From Octopus bimaculoides (Eukaryota), in assembly GCF_001194135.2 (NCBI RefSeq), contig NC_068989.1, positions 56,352,541-56,416,540 of the forward strand: a stretch of 64,000 nucleotides of DNA, written 5' to 3'. Made by a program: the position numbers and the translations under genes. The first letter of the stretch is position 1, and each line of letters opens with the position of its first letter. This document shows positions 1 through 12,349 of the stretch, in pieces. The notes below the pieces were generated by a model, which saw only the letters and a list, made by a program, of their open reading frames with translations, ran no database searches and was not told the DNA's origin.

Positions 1-188
1 GCTAAACACTACCTATTATAGATGAATGAAGAACATAAGTCCACATGAGATCAAGAAAGATGCTTCTACGTAGAAGTTTGAAAGGCTAAAAATAACAGCT
101 AAATATCCTTCAAATTACACCCAAACAGTCTGTCTACAATACGGGTAGCACACATTACATAACATAATTTTACACTATGCTAACACCT

Positions 189-190
189 CG

Positions 191-267
<77 letters not shown>
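189..267. repeat. compound (CT)n(TA)n(CA)n microsatellite
   Basis: Directly visible dinucleotide runs. Confidence 0.95.
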
Positions 268-268
<1 letters not shown>

Positions 269-530
269 GGGATACGTCATCATCGTAACGCCTGAAATAT
301 GGTTGTTAAGCAAAAATAAAACATGACAACAAAATTACAGATAGACGAAAAGGAAAGTAAAGAATGTTCTTTTAAATCAAGTGAAAGGAAGAAAGTAAAA
401 GCAACAGAATGGTAAAGATATTTACAGCTATGATGAAATAAAAGACGAGCCCCTCCGCACCCTGTACATCCAGAAAATTTCATCATTTCTATTACAATAC
501 ACATACATACATGCATGCACGCATATATAC

Positions 531-561
<31 letters not shown>

Positions 562-744
562 ATATATGACTAAGAGAAAAGCACGTGGATTATAAAAATA
601 GGTCAGCATAATATAGCGATTTGTAAGTGGATTCTCTTGTAGCATCATCCCCCGCACAACAGCATCCATTAAGGTGATAAGTTCGTGTGTACGTCTATGT
701 GCGCGTGCATATATGTATTAGAAATTTTGAAATGTGCAGCCAAA

Positions 745-757
745 TCTCTCTCTCTCT

Positions 758-823
<66 letters not shown>

Positions 824-830
824 GCATACA
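745..830. repeat. (CT)n(TA)n microsatellite
   Basis: Directly visible; generates the YIYIYI ORFs at 669-926 and 685-897. Confidence 0.95.
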
Positions 831-1058
831 TAGAGAGAAAGAGAGAGTACATTTAACTGCACCCAGGATGAAACTACTAGTCACTGCAGGGCATTGAACT
901 TTTCCAATTACTGCATTTAAACTCATTTCTCTCCTTCAGATAAATTTATATTGTATATGTATGTAAGTAAGCATATGTAGGTGCTTGCATGCATGTATGT
1001 TCGAGTATTCACATGCACGCATGTGTGTCTAACCATTCATACACACGTGCGCGCGTGT

Positions 1059-1091
<33 letters not shown>

Positions 1092-1249
1092 TAGTTTACT
1101 GTATTGTTAAGGTAAGATCAATATACACACATATATATAGCGCGAGAGAGGAAGAGGGGGGAGAGAAAGGCGCAAGGTCAGTATTTGATGGGTACTTCCT
1201 TTAATCGACCAATGAAAGGTTGAGAGGCAAAACTTGACTTCGACGAGAT

Positions 1250-1342
1250 TGTGTGTGTGTGTGTGCGTGTGTGCGTGCTTGTGTATGTGTGCATGTGTAC
1301 AAATACATACATACATACATATATACATATACACACACACAC

Positions 1343-1408
<66 letters not shown>

Positions 1409-1410
1409 TA
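1250..1410. repeat. compound (GT)n/(TACA)n/(TA)n microsatellite
   Basis: Directly visible. Confidence 0.95.
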
Positions 1411-1955
1411 TATAACACCATAGGATCAGGACGTATGAGTGAATATATACTTATTTATTTAACTACGTAATTTCTATAGGGTTACGGCTGTTTCGCAACC
1501 TTCTTGTATCAATTTCACCTCTCATACCTCTTGACTTTACGGTTTTATATCCTCCTCAGGAAATAATTTTATCAATCGGAACTTCTGGATTTCCAGTTAC
1601 ATGGTCACTCTACATTATACTTCTCTGTATGGGATTACTATGTGGACTGTTAGCCGACTCCGTAAGAAGAGTTTCTTGTGATAACCACACGATTCTCTGA
1701 ATTCACATCCTATACTAAACATTATGTACTACGCCTGTAGTACATAGGTCAGATGTTGTGCAATCATTATCAATGTGTGGAATACGCCTCTTCAGGTGAT
1801 TGTTTGAATAAGATCTTAGTTACATCTTCTTGTCATTTCACTCAGTCTGATAATGTATACCCAAAGTGATGTGTCATCTGAAGCACTTTATAGACAAAAC
1901 TGAGGACGAGCTTTGCACAGCATTCTACAAGGTTTTCACCCCGAATCTCAATTAA

Positions 1956-1997
<42 letters not shown>

Positions 1998-2000
<3 letters not shown>

Positions 2001-2300
2001 TGAATACACTCCAGCCTTTGGTCCACAGGTTTGCTGTCTCTTCTTTGTATCACAACTATAATGGCCTCAGATCTGGCTGGCTGGCTGGTTTCGTACTTCT
2101 CTCACTCAAGCAGCCTTGCCCTCTTGTCTTTGCACCGCTTGTCACCCTTGTTGCGTCCACCATCACCCTTTCCCAAACATGAACCACTATACCCAATCCT
2201 TCTTTTCCAGACCATCCACCTTCTAGAATATCCTTGGTCTCTGAGTAGAAGAAATTCACGTGGACACTAAAGACACTGCTCCACAAAAGTAATGGACTTC
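1998..2300 (+). mobile_element. CR1-type (Zenon-like) LINE RT C-terminal remnant
   Basis: Translation LQPLVHRFAVSSLYHNYNGLRSGWLAG resembles the recalled CR1-clade motif LQPLSHRRxVASLxLFYRYYNGxCSSELA; downstream frameshifts and stops. Confidence 0.6.
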
Positions 2301-2621
2301 TAGCATGTTAATTCAATCGTCTATTCCGAAGATATGAAATAAATGGAAAGTGTGTGTCACAAGGAGGGAGAAGATAGATTGAGAGAGATCAAGAGAAATT
2401 TTCGTTGATAATTGTGTTCAAGAGGTAACTTACACATGGTCTTTCAGCTTCATGTAATTAACAGCCAAAACTCATACGAATCACACCCTTCTGTTATAAA
2501 TTTAAGCTATATTTAACTATATCGTTCCTGAAATACAAACGATAAGATCCTCACATCTAAAACTTATTTCATCATAGATTTTTTCGACTGTGCCTGGTCC
2601 GATAGACAACGACAAAGTTTA

Positions 2622-2819
2622 TCGTATTTGATGGCATAAAGGACGCGTAGGCATATTTGGCGCACCCCAATTTCAGCAGCGCATATTCAGGAAAGAAAAG
2701 TTTTTAGAGCATTAAAGCATGTAATATAAGCCAAACTTCGCATATAAGACGATGGTGATTATTTTAAAACTTTTTTTTTTTTGAGAAAAAATGTGCATCT
2801 TATATGCTATCAAATGAGG
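2622..2819. mobile_element. pogo/Tigger-like MITE
   Basis: Imperfect TIRs tcgtatttgatggcataaaggacgc / tgcatcttatatgctatcaaatgagg; TA on the left flank. Confidence 0.6.
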
Positions 2820-2946
2820 GAAGTGCTCTGTAAGTGAACACAAGCTGCTAATTATAACCGTTAAATCTCCCTCAACTCACAACCAACAGACTAAGTATAA
2901 CGTGCAGTAGAAAATCACCAGGTGGGCGGTGTATCTGACTGTATGT

Positions 2947-3237
2947 AGAAAACGTAGATAGTATTAACACTGTATAATGTACACGTGTTTCTTGAGACTT
3001 GCAAGCATCAATCACAAACATAAAAAGCCAGTTACGAGAACAAATGCACCCATTTCCAGTCACCGGCATCATTCAGCAAAAATACGTAAAGCTGGTACTT
3101 TTGCGGAGTAATACCGATGAATGGGAATAGCAGCATTTGTTCATGTAACTGGCTTTCATGTTCACATGTTTGACGTCTGTCAATCTCACGAAACACGTGT
3201 ACAATTATATAAAGCATTAATACTGACTACGTTTTCT
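2947..3237. repeat. ~290-bp imperfect palindrome (fold-back/MITE-like)
   Basis: Arms pair along almost the whole length, e.g. gtacacgtgtttcttgaga / tctcacgaaacacgtgtac, aaagccagttacgagaacaaatgc / gcatttgttcatgtaactggcttt, cggcatcattcagcaaaa / ttttgcggagtaataccg. Confidence 0.85.
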
Positions 3238-3281
3238 GTGTTTATATGTGCGTGGAGGGAGGTATAGATGTATAGCAAGTG

Positions 3282-3405
3282 TGACATGAAGAGAATATTA
3301 CGAAGCGTTATACAACATTTGCAATAGTTGGTCATACATATATATATATATATTACTAACTATTGCATATGTTGTATAACGTTTCGTAATATGCTCTTCA
3401 TGTCA
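3282..3405. repeat. 124-bp palindrome with (TA)n loop
   Basis: tgacatgaagagaatattacgaagcgttatacaacatttgcaatagttgg pairs with ctaactattgcatatgttgtataacgtttcgtaatatgctcttcatgtca with about 4 mismatches in 50 bp. Confidence 0.9.
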
Positions 3406-4058
3406 TATATTTATATATATATTGAACAACGAGAATGAGTGCTCCACTCTGCATTAGTGGATAAAGATTCTCTATTCGTGTATTAAGGCTACCATTGGTT
3501 TCATGTCAAGGAATACATCAACAATTATCAAGCTTATCACATGGAACATCAGTGTTCGTATCCATTTTGGATTAAAACACGGAAAGTCACGATATCGAAA
3601 TTGTCGGTTTTCATTAACATGAAACTGATGGTATCCTTAATACACAAATAAAGAATATATATATATATACATATATATAAAGCTATAGGACTTTGGATAA
3701 GTACTTTCTACAACAATCTCGGTCAACTGATGCCTTGTGAAATTTGATAGACAAGAAACTGCATGGAAGCCCGTAGTATGTGCGCATATGTATTTCTGCA
3801 TGTCTTCATACGGTCATCTCTGAATGAAAACAGTTTCAGTGCTCAGGTCTCTCACAAACAACTTGTCGGTGGGTTTGCTGTGTTTGAAGACCAGTGGAAT
3901 TAAATGTGAATGACAGCAACAAGTTCCAGTCAGACAAATCTGTCTCAATAGCCCCCATGCAATCCGATATCAGCATGGGAAAAAGATATAAAAGACATTA
4001 TAAGGCTGTATATTCATTACACACACATACATTCAATGTGTGTGTGTGTGTGTGTGCA

Positions 4059-4212
4059 GGCGCAAGAGTGCTGCATGGCAAGAAGTTTGCTTCCCAACCA
4101 CATGGTTTCGGATTCAGTCCCACTGCATGACACTAGGACAAGTGTCTTCTACGATAGTCTCAGGCCGTCCAAAGCTTTGTGAGTAGTCTTGGTAGACGGA
4201 AACTGAAAAAGA
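4059..4212 (+). mobile_element. tRNA-derived CORE-like SINE (family A), 5' half
   Basis: A/B-box-like head (ggtttcggattcagtccc) followed by gacactaggacaagtgtcttc; many related copies in the window. Confidence 0.8.
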
Positions 4213-4510
4213 GTCTCATACATGCTTGTATCCACGTATGTATTGTTTTTTTTTTTTAGTTTTATTTTAAGTTCTTGAGAGAGATCAAGCCGATCACTAA
4301 CAAAACAGCAAGATTTTTTGAGTTAAGAGAGTTCCCGGTTCTTGTAAATATGTGGTTGAGCTGTTGATGTACACCCAAGTGTGTGCATCTATGCACCTAA
4401 AGAATATCAGATGGAGAATATTTAGAATATCTCACAAATCTTCACCGAGCAACAAATAGCAGTCCAATGATTGAAACAAGTAAACAGTAAAAGGTGTGCA
4501 AATTGTGTGT

Positions 4511-4528
4511 GCGCGCATGGCGGAAGTG
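4511..4528. promoter_or_regulatory. possible NRF1/YY1/ETS motif cluster
   Basis: gcgcgcatggcggaagtg overlaps ATGGCG (YY1-like) and CGGAAGTG (ETS-like); no linked exon found. Confidence 0.2.
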
Positions 4529-5266
4529 TAATTGCATTGTACGTGTTTTATATATATATGGGACTACACTGTGTAATATGTACTTCCTTTCGTACTACAT
4601 TACAGCATGATTTGAGTGAGATCTGACTGCTATCTCTAGCAGAATGAGCGACAACGCACAAGGCACTGTCGGTAAGCGTAGGCGTATAACAACAACGTTA
4701 TCAATATAAAGTAACTTGTCAAACATTGACATAGGCTTACAGCCGCGATAAATGTTTACTTACAAATCAGAACGATAATAGCAATAATGATCTCATTATA
4801 CAACCTATTTCAATATAATACTAATATGAATAATGATATTAATAATAAAAATAATAACGGTTACTTCGTTTTCTAAAGGCTCCCACCACGTGGAGACAAT
4901 GCATGAACGAATGACTACAAGCACTGACGTGTGTCTGTCTGTCTGCTTGTCTGCCTACCTCTGTTGATGCAACCATGCTGCGTATACTATGGGATGCATC
5001 GTCAGTGATGTTTCTGGGGGTCCCAGTGGGGCTTTGGGTCTTTCAACATCAGACTCCCTCACCCAGTTGACCCAGCTGGGTTTGATCAAGTCTCAGCTTG
5101 TATCCCAGTAGCAGTAAACAACTGAGATCTTATTATATCAGCAAGTTTCGTGCATGAGCACTTATTTCGTGCTTGGGTACTTGCCACAGTACGAAATTCT
5201 TAGCTCTTGAGTAACTTCCGAGATTATCTAAAACAATTTTATTTAACTATATGTGTGAATATATAT

Positions 5267-5486
5267 ATGAGGGGGTGCTGAAAAGTTCCTGGCTTTAAGG
5301 GTGCCGCGAAAGGCCTAGTTGAGGCCCAACCTTCTGAGTTCTAATACAGGGCTTCGAAAAACTGAAGGACCGCTCCAATATGTGTATGAATCTGCGAGGG
5401 GAATATATTGAATTAAAATCATAATTAACTGATCCGCCTATATTTCTTTATATCCAAACAAGGAACTTTTCAGTACCAACCTGGTA
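5267..5486 (+). mobile_element. internally deleted mariner element
   Basis: TIRs gagggggtgctgaaaagttcct / aggaacttttcagtaccaacct, TA flanks; retains a transposase C-terminus QGFEKLKDRSNMCMNLRGEYIELKS*. Confidence 0.85.
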
Positions 5487-5504
5487 TATATTTACAGCTA
5501 GATA

Positions 5505-5636
5505 GGATCTTTTCAATCTCAGTCACAGATTTTTTTAATTAATCCTTTTTAACTAAACAGTTTGAAACTTCGGATATTGGTTGAATGTTAAAAAAAAAGT
5601 TAATAGAAAAATCTGTGACTCAGATTGAAAAGATCC
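5505..5636. mobile_element. Merlin-like MITE
   Basis: 30-bp TIR ggatcttttcaatctcagtcacagattttt / aaaaatctgtgactcagattgaaaagatcc (1 mismatch); 8-bp flanks gctagata / gctagaca. Confidence 0.7.
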
Positions 5637-5979
5637 GCTAGACAAAATTAAGTATTGGCCAGTTAAGCCATCGAAGGTCTTCGATTCGAGGTCACTGCCA
5701 ATAATATTCTTTTAGAATAAATTTGTACTCTAGAAAAGTGTAGAATAACCTATCAAATCAATGTAAAAAATTTATATTGTAACTGAACATAAAAATCAAA
5801 CATTTATACGTTCATGTCTCTATCAAGACAGACAGACAAACAGAGGAATGGATGGACGGACGAATATACATGCAGACATACATGCCATTGCTTGTTTTAC
5901 TAATTCGTTCGTGTACTGTCTCCACGTGATGGACCCATAGAAAATAAAGGAACCATTGTTATTATTATTAAAGGCGGCG

Positions 5980-6160
5980 AACTGGCAGAATCGTTAGCAC
6001 GCTGGACGAAATGCTTAGCAGTATTTCACTCGTAGCTACGTTTTGAGTTCAAATTCCGCTGAGGTCGACTTTGCTCTTCATCCTTTCGAAGTTGATAAAA
6101 TAAGTACCAGTAATCGACTCATCCCAACCTCGCCCAAAGCTGCCCTTGTGACAAAAATTT
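5980..6160 (+). mobile_element. tRNA-derived SINE (family B)
   Basis: ggcggcgaactggcagaatcgttagc ... gagttcaaattccgctgaggtcgactttgctcttcatcctttcg ... aataagtaccag; dozens of copies in the window. Confidence 0.85.
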
Positions 6161-6559
6161 GAAATTATAATAATTATTATTATAAGTAGGTCAAAGGTGG
6201 CGAGTTGGCATGTGTGTTTAAACACGTATGCATACATATATACATGATCTACCATATAGAATAGGAAAGGAAGCTGGGCACGTTTTCTCCGAGGAGCGTT
6301 CAACAACTATAAAACTTTCAGTCAGGAAACTACCTCCTTTTTTTTTCTCTTTCTCTTGCACATCAAAAGAATAAAAAGAATGCGTTCACATTCTTATTTA
6401 ATCTTACAGCGAGGCTTTATAACATTCAGATTTATTTCAGTTCTGACTCTGATTTGTCTTGTGATTTGAACATACATCTGTAGGTGTGTGTGGAGGGGGG
6501 TGTAGTGGTGGGGGTGGCGGCGGCGGCAACAGCAGCAGTAGTAGTAGACAAGCAAAGTC

Positions 6560-7860
6560 AACAATAATCCCTTCTACAACAAGCTCAAGGCCTGATTTGG
6601 GGGCGGAGTAGTCCGGTCGATTACATCAAACCTAGTACATTTAACTGGTACCGATTCTATCAACCTCGAAAAAGATGAACGGCAAAGTCAACTTCGACGG
6701 AATTTGTACCATATCAACAATAATGATATTAATAAATAGAAAACTGTAAACATGTATATTATATAATATAAATTTTTAAAAATGAATATAGGGCAAGAAA
6801 CAACACAAGAGTTTTAAGGCCATTTTTATCTGCTAAAGCAGGAGTTAGGCTTCCGAGTCCCCTTCACAGTCTCCTCTGTTAGAAGTCCAACCATATATAG
6901 TTATTTGAGCACCACCACCATCACATACAATCCCAGCTTACCTGAACGAGGGAGCATCTTCGTGGTCGCTCGAATACTAGAAATAATAACCAAAGCTCCA
7001 ACAAATCGTACCATCCTACTATATTAAATAAAAGATTTTTATTGAACAAATTAGTCCTCATAGACAGAAAGAGATGGAGGATACAGTTGGAACACTTTCC
7101 ATCTTAGGGCTGTTCGATCAAAGCTGACCTTGAGCGTATCACTAACTTTGTGACACACCAAAAGCAAAGGATGTGATATTGAGACACACGGCGTCAAATA
7201 TGAGGCCACAGTACTCACTTTATCGACCCTAAAGGAATGAAGAACAATGTCAACCTGCGCATGGTAAAGGTAAACAACACTGCAACGCATTTTCTCCGCC
7301 ACTTTATCAATTCTGCCAATAGTAATAATAATTCTTTCTCATTTTGGCACAAGATCAGCAATTTTGAAAGGAGAGGGTTAGTCGATTACAGCAACTCCAT
7401 TACTTGACTGGTACTTTATTTTATCGATCCAGAAAGGATGAAAGACAAAGTCGACTTCGGCGGAATTTGAACTCAGAACATAAGGAGTCGGAAGAAACGC
7501 TGCGAAGCATTTGATCCAATGTGCTAACAATTCTGCCAACCTGTCACCGAGGTTCAAAACCACGCATTTTGGGAGGTACGATTTAAATTGGAAATTAAAT
7601 CGTACCTTCCTCTTCCCAGTCCTCAACTGGTACTTTATTTTTTATCGTACCCAGAAGAATGTAATAATGATTTTTTGCAACTCAGACGAGAAATGTAACT
7701 AAATTCATTGACCTGACAAGTATTTTTATTTTATCGGACCCCAGGAAAATGAAATGCAAAGCCAACCTCGAGGTGATTTGATCACGAAATGTTAAGAGAG
7801 TTAAATGTGGTAATGTATTTATTTAGTCTAGCACTTTACTGATTCTGTCTTAACTTATGT
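6560..7860 (-). mobile_element. cluster of decayed family-B SINEs plus a fragment of another interspersed repeat
   Basis: Recurrent ggtactttattttatcgacc..aaggatgaaag.caaagtcgac..ggaatttgaactc motif at ~6640, 7200, 7410 and 7720. Confidence 0.75.
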
Positions 7861-8202
7861 ATAATCCCAGTTATCTGGGATAGCTTGAAATCACTTCAGT
7901 GAACGATGAACAAAATCAACTCCAGTTGAATTGAGGCTCAGAATATTGTTAATATTAAACAATGGTATGGCATAACTACAGAAGATTGGTGCCCCCTGCC
8001 GAATTTGTTTCCTCACACCTTTCTTAATAATGCATTTTCTTGTGAAATTTTGCAGAAATATGTTTTTTAAGTTGTACAGGACGATTATATTGATGAAAGT
8101 TTTTATTTTGTGGGAAAGGGGATTTTTTTTTTTTTACTCGGAAACTCTGACATTATTCAGTATAATATACATACATAACACACACATACACACAAAATAA
8201 AG

Positions 8203-8525
8203 CATGCTAGTTGGAAACGATTTGTGGGTCTGGATACCAAAACGGGATACGGTTAATATTAGACAGCAGAATTAAAATAGATGTTAACTCCGCCACAAGC
8301 ATAAAAAAGGTTATCATGCACCCCCCCACACACACACACACATATATATATATAGACACATACACACCTGTGTTTGTATTCTTGTTTATGTGCGTAATAA
8401 CCTTTTTGTATACTTGTAGCAGAGTTAACATCAATTTTAATTCCAGCTGTTGTGTAATATTAACCCTACCCCATCTTGCAACATGTATGTCTCCAGACCC
8501 ATAAATCATATCCAACTAGCATGTC
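8203..8525. mobile_element. nested MITE with microsatellite core
   Basis: TIR gcatgctagttggaaacgatttgtgggtctgga / tccagacccataaatcatatccaactagcatg. Confidence 0.7.
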
Positions 8526-8719
8526 CTATTTTAATGCAGTCTTACGGTAATCGTCACTATTGTTTTCATTACACAAGGATTTGAATTTACCTTTCGTTGT
8601 TGTCGATGTTCAATAAAATAAGTCACATATTGGAAGTATTATTAATCGACTCCCTTCGGAAATATAACGTGTATCTCTTAACATTATAAAGCCTTTTGTT
8701 GTTCCTCGTTGCTTGATTT

Positions 8720-9130
8720 TTGTTCGTTTATTTGACTGACGTACAGTCTTGGGCTTTTGTGGCTAATAATAGAAATAAAAGCGTCCTAAGTGTAAGGCAA
8801 CTAAAACTAGGTACTACTAAACAAGAGTGGTCCCCAACGCGCACCCGCGCAGTCGAGGGCCCGACGCAACTGATAGGGTTTCTATTGTGCGCGACATAGA
8901 AAGTAACCAAAACAGTGGGTGAGCTCAACGAATTACAGAAACATTTAGTAAAACTTCAGAGACAGGCTAGGCTGCTCGTCAGAGTTATTTTTCATGCTTT
9001 GCAAATTCTGTTGTAAACAACAATCTACACGTGGACCTTTTTTTTTTACTCGCCGACCTATGATGAGACGGACGATGATCGGAGAATGGGAGGGTGCTGT
9101 GACTCAATTTAGATGGCCTATTTATTTTTT
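8720..9130. promoter_or_regulatory. CpG-rich promoter-like island
   Basis: Dense CpG (acgcgcacccgcgcagtcgagggcccgacgca; tgcgcgaca) in AT-rich context; donor-like GG|GTGAGC at 8919. Confidence 0.35.
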
Positions 9131-9944
9131 TAATGTTATCGTGTTTTAGTCATTAATTTGATTTTTTTATTTAAATTTCTATTCATTTTTATGTTATATT
9201 ACAAAACTTTTAACCCGTTGTATAACTTCTCTACCCTCCTTTCATATATGTAACTGTGAAGCTCCACATGTATTCTAGACCCATTGTTTAACGTTAACTG
9301 TAATTGTATGCGTGAGCTTTGTGATGAATTATAATGATTCATTATAATTTTAAAAAAAAGTTCTAATAATTACTACAAATAAAATTAGTATAAATATGAT
9401 ATAACTACGGTTTCATGTCCACTTCATATCCGATTTTACATCCTCATAACTTCCTTTATAACGCATATTTTTTCATTAAATTTTGCAGATACGTTTTAGA
9501 TGTACGGTGATGTTTTTTTTTTTTGTTTTTTGTTTTTTTGAGAAAAGATATCTATACCATTTTAACCACTTAATAACTTGTTCATGATTATTTGCACTGA
9601 TCATAATTTACCTCGACTGAATTGTGTTACAAATCGAAAGTGCTATTACTAAATACTTTCGATTTGTATTGTGTAAATAAGGAAATTTTTTTTTTTTTTG
9701 GGCGTGTCTTCCAATTACAAATTGATACTGAATAATATCGATCAGAATAATGTCAGTTTCTGAATAAAAATGAAATCTCCCTCCCAATAAATAAAAACTT
9801 TCTTCAATATAATCGTCCTGTACAACTTAAAAACGTATCTCAGTGAAATTTCACTTAATTATGCATTTATTAAGAAAGGTGTGAGGAAACAAAAGTCGTC
9901 AAGGGGCACTAATCTGTAGTTATGCCATACCATTGTTAACATCA

Positions 9945-10160
9945 ACAGGCCGGTTGGCAGAAGCGTTAGCATGCCAAACAAAATGCTAAGCAGCATTTCT
10001 TCCGTCTGTACGTTCTGAATTCAAATTTCGCCAAAGTCAACTTTGCTTTTCATCCTTTCGAGGTCGATAAAATAATAAGTGCCAGTTGAACACTGGGGTT
10101 GATGTAATCGACGTATCCCCTCCTCCCGAAATTACCGGCCTTGTGTCAAACTTTGAAATT
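9945..10160 (+). mobile_element. family-B SINE
   Basis: Same head and central domain as 5980-6160. Confidence 0.8.
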
Positions 10161-10449
10161 AATCATAATATCCGAAGTCCCACTCCAACAGGAGTTGATT
10201 TTGCTCGTCGTTCATTAAAGTGATTTCAAGCCATCCCTAAAAGATTGACAGAATATGTATGCTGGGAATGGAGATAGAACGTGACAGAATTCAAAATCGT
10301 GAGAGAGAGGTGGGGATTCTAGCCAATTTGACAATTAACCGACCAAAAACAATGGGAAGGATTGACATTTGATAACGTGTGTAGAGATAGAGAAACCATG
10401 CGGAAAAGCATATTTATACATATATATATACATGCACATGTATATAGAT

Positions 10450-10487
<38 letters not shown>

Positions 10488-11253
10488 ACACACACATGTA
10501 CACAGATACTCATATATTCTATGAATTTTACATGTATATATATATATTATATACATACGAGCGGATTTTTCTATGGCCAGAGGGCCTTCCTGTCACTATT
10601 CCTCGCCTGTTTCCAAATAAGGTAATATTTCCCCATATCCCCTGACATGTTTTCAAGGACGATCGGGAACAAAGTACACAATTTGCATAGTGGTGACACT
10701 CGTTTACAGCTATCAAACAAAGTCAAAGCAAAGAGACAGTGATACACATAAATACTCACACACAAACAGGCTACTTTCAATTTTTGTCTACCAAATCCAC
10801 TAAACAAAATTGTGGTCAGCCCATGGTTTATTGTAGAAAACACTTGCCCAAGGTTCCACACAGTGTGACCAAACCCAAAACCATATGGTTGGGAACCAAA
10901 TTTCTTTTCACATAACCATGCCAATTATATCTATATATTCCTCTCCATTGTCATCATTTAACGTATGTTTTCCATGTTAGCATGAGTTGGATGATTTAAT
11001 AGAAGCTGGCACGTTAGAAAACTGCACCAAGCTCTACTATTTGCATTTGGCATGGTTTTTATGGCTAGATGCCATTCCTAACACCAACCACACACACATA
11101 CACACACAGGTTTGGATGTATTCAAGTAGTCTGGGGTTTGGTCTCAGTGTGCATCATCATCAACTAGTATATTCTTCTATGATCTCAGGTTAATCAAGAC
11201 CCTATGAATAAAATAGTGAAATTTGGTGGATGGAAACTGAGTAGAAGCTCTTT

Positions 11254-11294
<41 letters not shown>

Positions 11295-11389
11295 CATGTG
11301 CATACACACATAAAGGAAGGTAGATAGATTAGGTGCTGTGTAGTGGGACTGAACCTATGACAACATTCTCGTTTGTAGTTACTACCCTC

Positions 11390-11713
11390 CTAGACAGAAC
11401 AGAGGACAACCCCACACTTGCACATTTCCTTTTTGGCTTGGTTTGTACAGTTGGATGAATTTCCTATCACCAAAAGTGAGAAACCTTTTGTTACTAACAG
11501 AGGTAATAGCTCTCTGAACTTTCTGCAACCTGTTCTTATTCCAGTGACTGTACTTTTAGAACATCCTCTTCCACAGCTAATTAAGTCTCCAAGGTAACAG
11601 AACCTTTCTAAGACCTGTAAGGATCTTTTTGGGTATTCGAGAGAATCTGCTTCTTGTGTATCTTTAGCATTTATTGCTCCTGTGCATCTGTCACATGCAA
11701 AGTTTATTGTCAT
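11390..11713 (-). mobile_element. RTE LINE reverse-transcriptase remnant
   Basis: LQVLERFCYLGDLISCGRGCSKS...RKFRELLPLLVTKGFSL matches the RTE C-terminal FxYLG region. Confidence 0.85.
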
Positions 11714-11874
11714 TGTTAAAAGGAAAAGGTCAGCAGAGACTTCAAAGTTTCAGCTTGCACGCTTTCACCAGATTCTTTGATGCAGGTAAGTAAATCAAAA
11801 CTTCAAAGTAACTGTCAACCTTGCTTGTAAAAGTTTATATGTATATACACACACACATACATGTATGTCTATAC

Positions 11875-12170
11875 TCACAACTGGCAGTTACAACGAGGGT
11901 TCCACTTGATCTGATCATGAAATTAACGTGCAAGTGGCTGAGCACTCCACAGGCACGTAACTCTTAATGTAGTTAGTTCTCAAGGAGATTCAACATGACA
12001 CAGAACATGACAAAGCTGGCCCTTTGAAATACAGGTACTGCTCATTTTTCCAGCTGAGTGGACTGGAGCAATGTGAAATAAAGTGTCTTGCTCAAAAACA
12101 GAATGTGTTGCTGGGAATTGAACTCACAACCTTATGATCGTTTGCTGAATACCCTAACCACTAAGCCACA
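11875..12170 (-). mobile_element. tRNA-derived SINE (family D)
   Basis: gtgcaagtggctgagcactccacag...gggaattgaactcacaacc...accctaaccactaagcc; tRNA-like head at the right end. Confidence 0.8.
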
Positions 12171-12349
12171 GAATGTGTGACCAAAAAGTTTGCTTCCCAA
12201 CCTTGTGGTCTCAGGTTCAGTCCAACTGCATGGCAACAATTATCTTCAATTAAAGCCCTATGTTGACCAAAGCCTTGTGAATGGATTTGGAAGGTGGAAA
12301 TTGAAAAAGAAGCCCATCACATATATATGTGTGTGTGTTGTTTGGAAGC

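Larger units (their letters stand above)
7960..9935. mobile_element. ~2-kb composite bounded by ~175-bp inverted repeats
   Basis: caatggtatggcataactacagaagattggtgcccc...gtacaggacgattatattga (7960-8135) is the reverse complement of 9773-9935; TSD not clearly resolved (TTAA-like). Confidence 0.7.

Noticed and set aside
642-975. Plus-strand acceptor/donor-like sites near 642-673 and 939-965
   Set aside because: Exons would be 31 nt or shorter, donors are weak or ambiguous, and no phase-consistent chain was found
280-1470. ORFs rich in YI/CV/HT repeats
   Set aside because: Translations of (TA)n, (GT)n and (CA)n microsatellites; the same applies to most ORFs in the track
9061-9150. Short ATG frames including MGGCCDSI*
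   Set aside because: Terminate within a few codons and have no convincing donor
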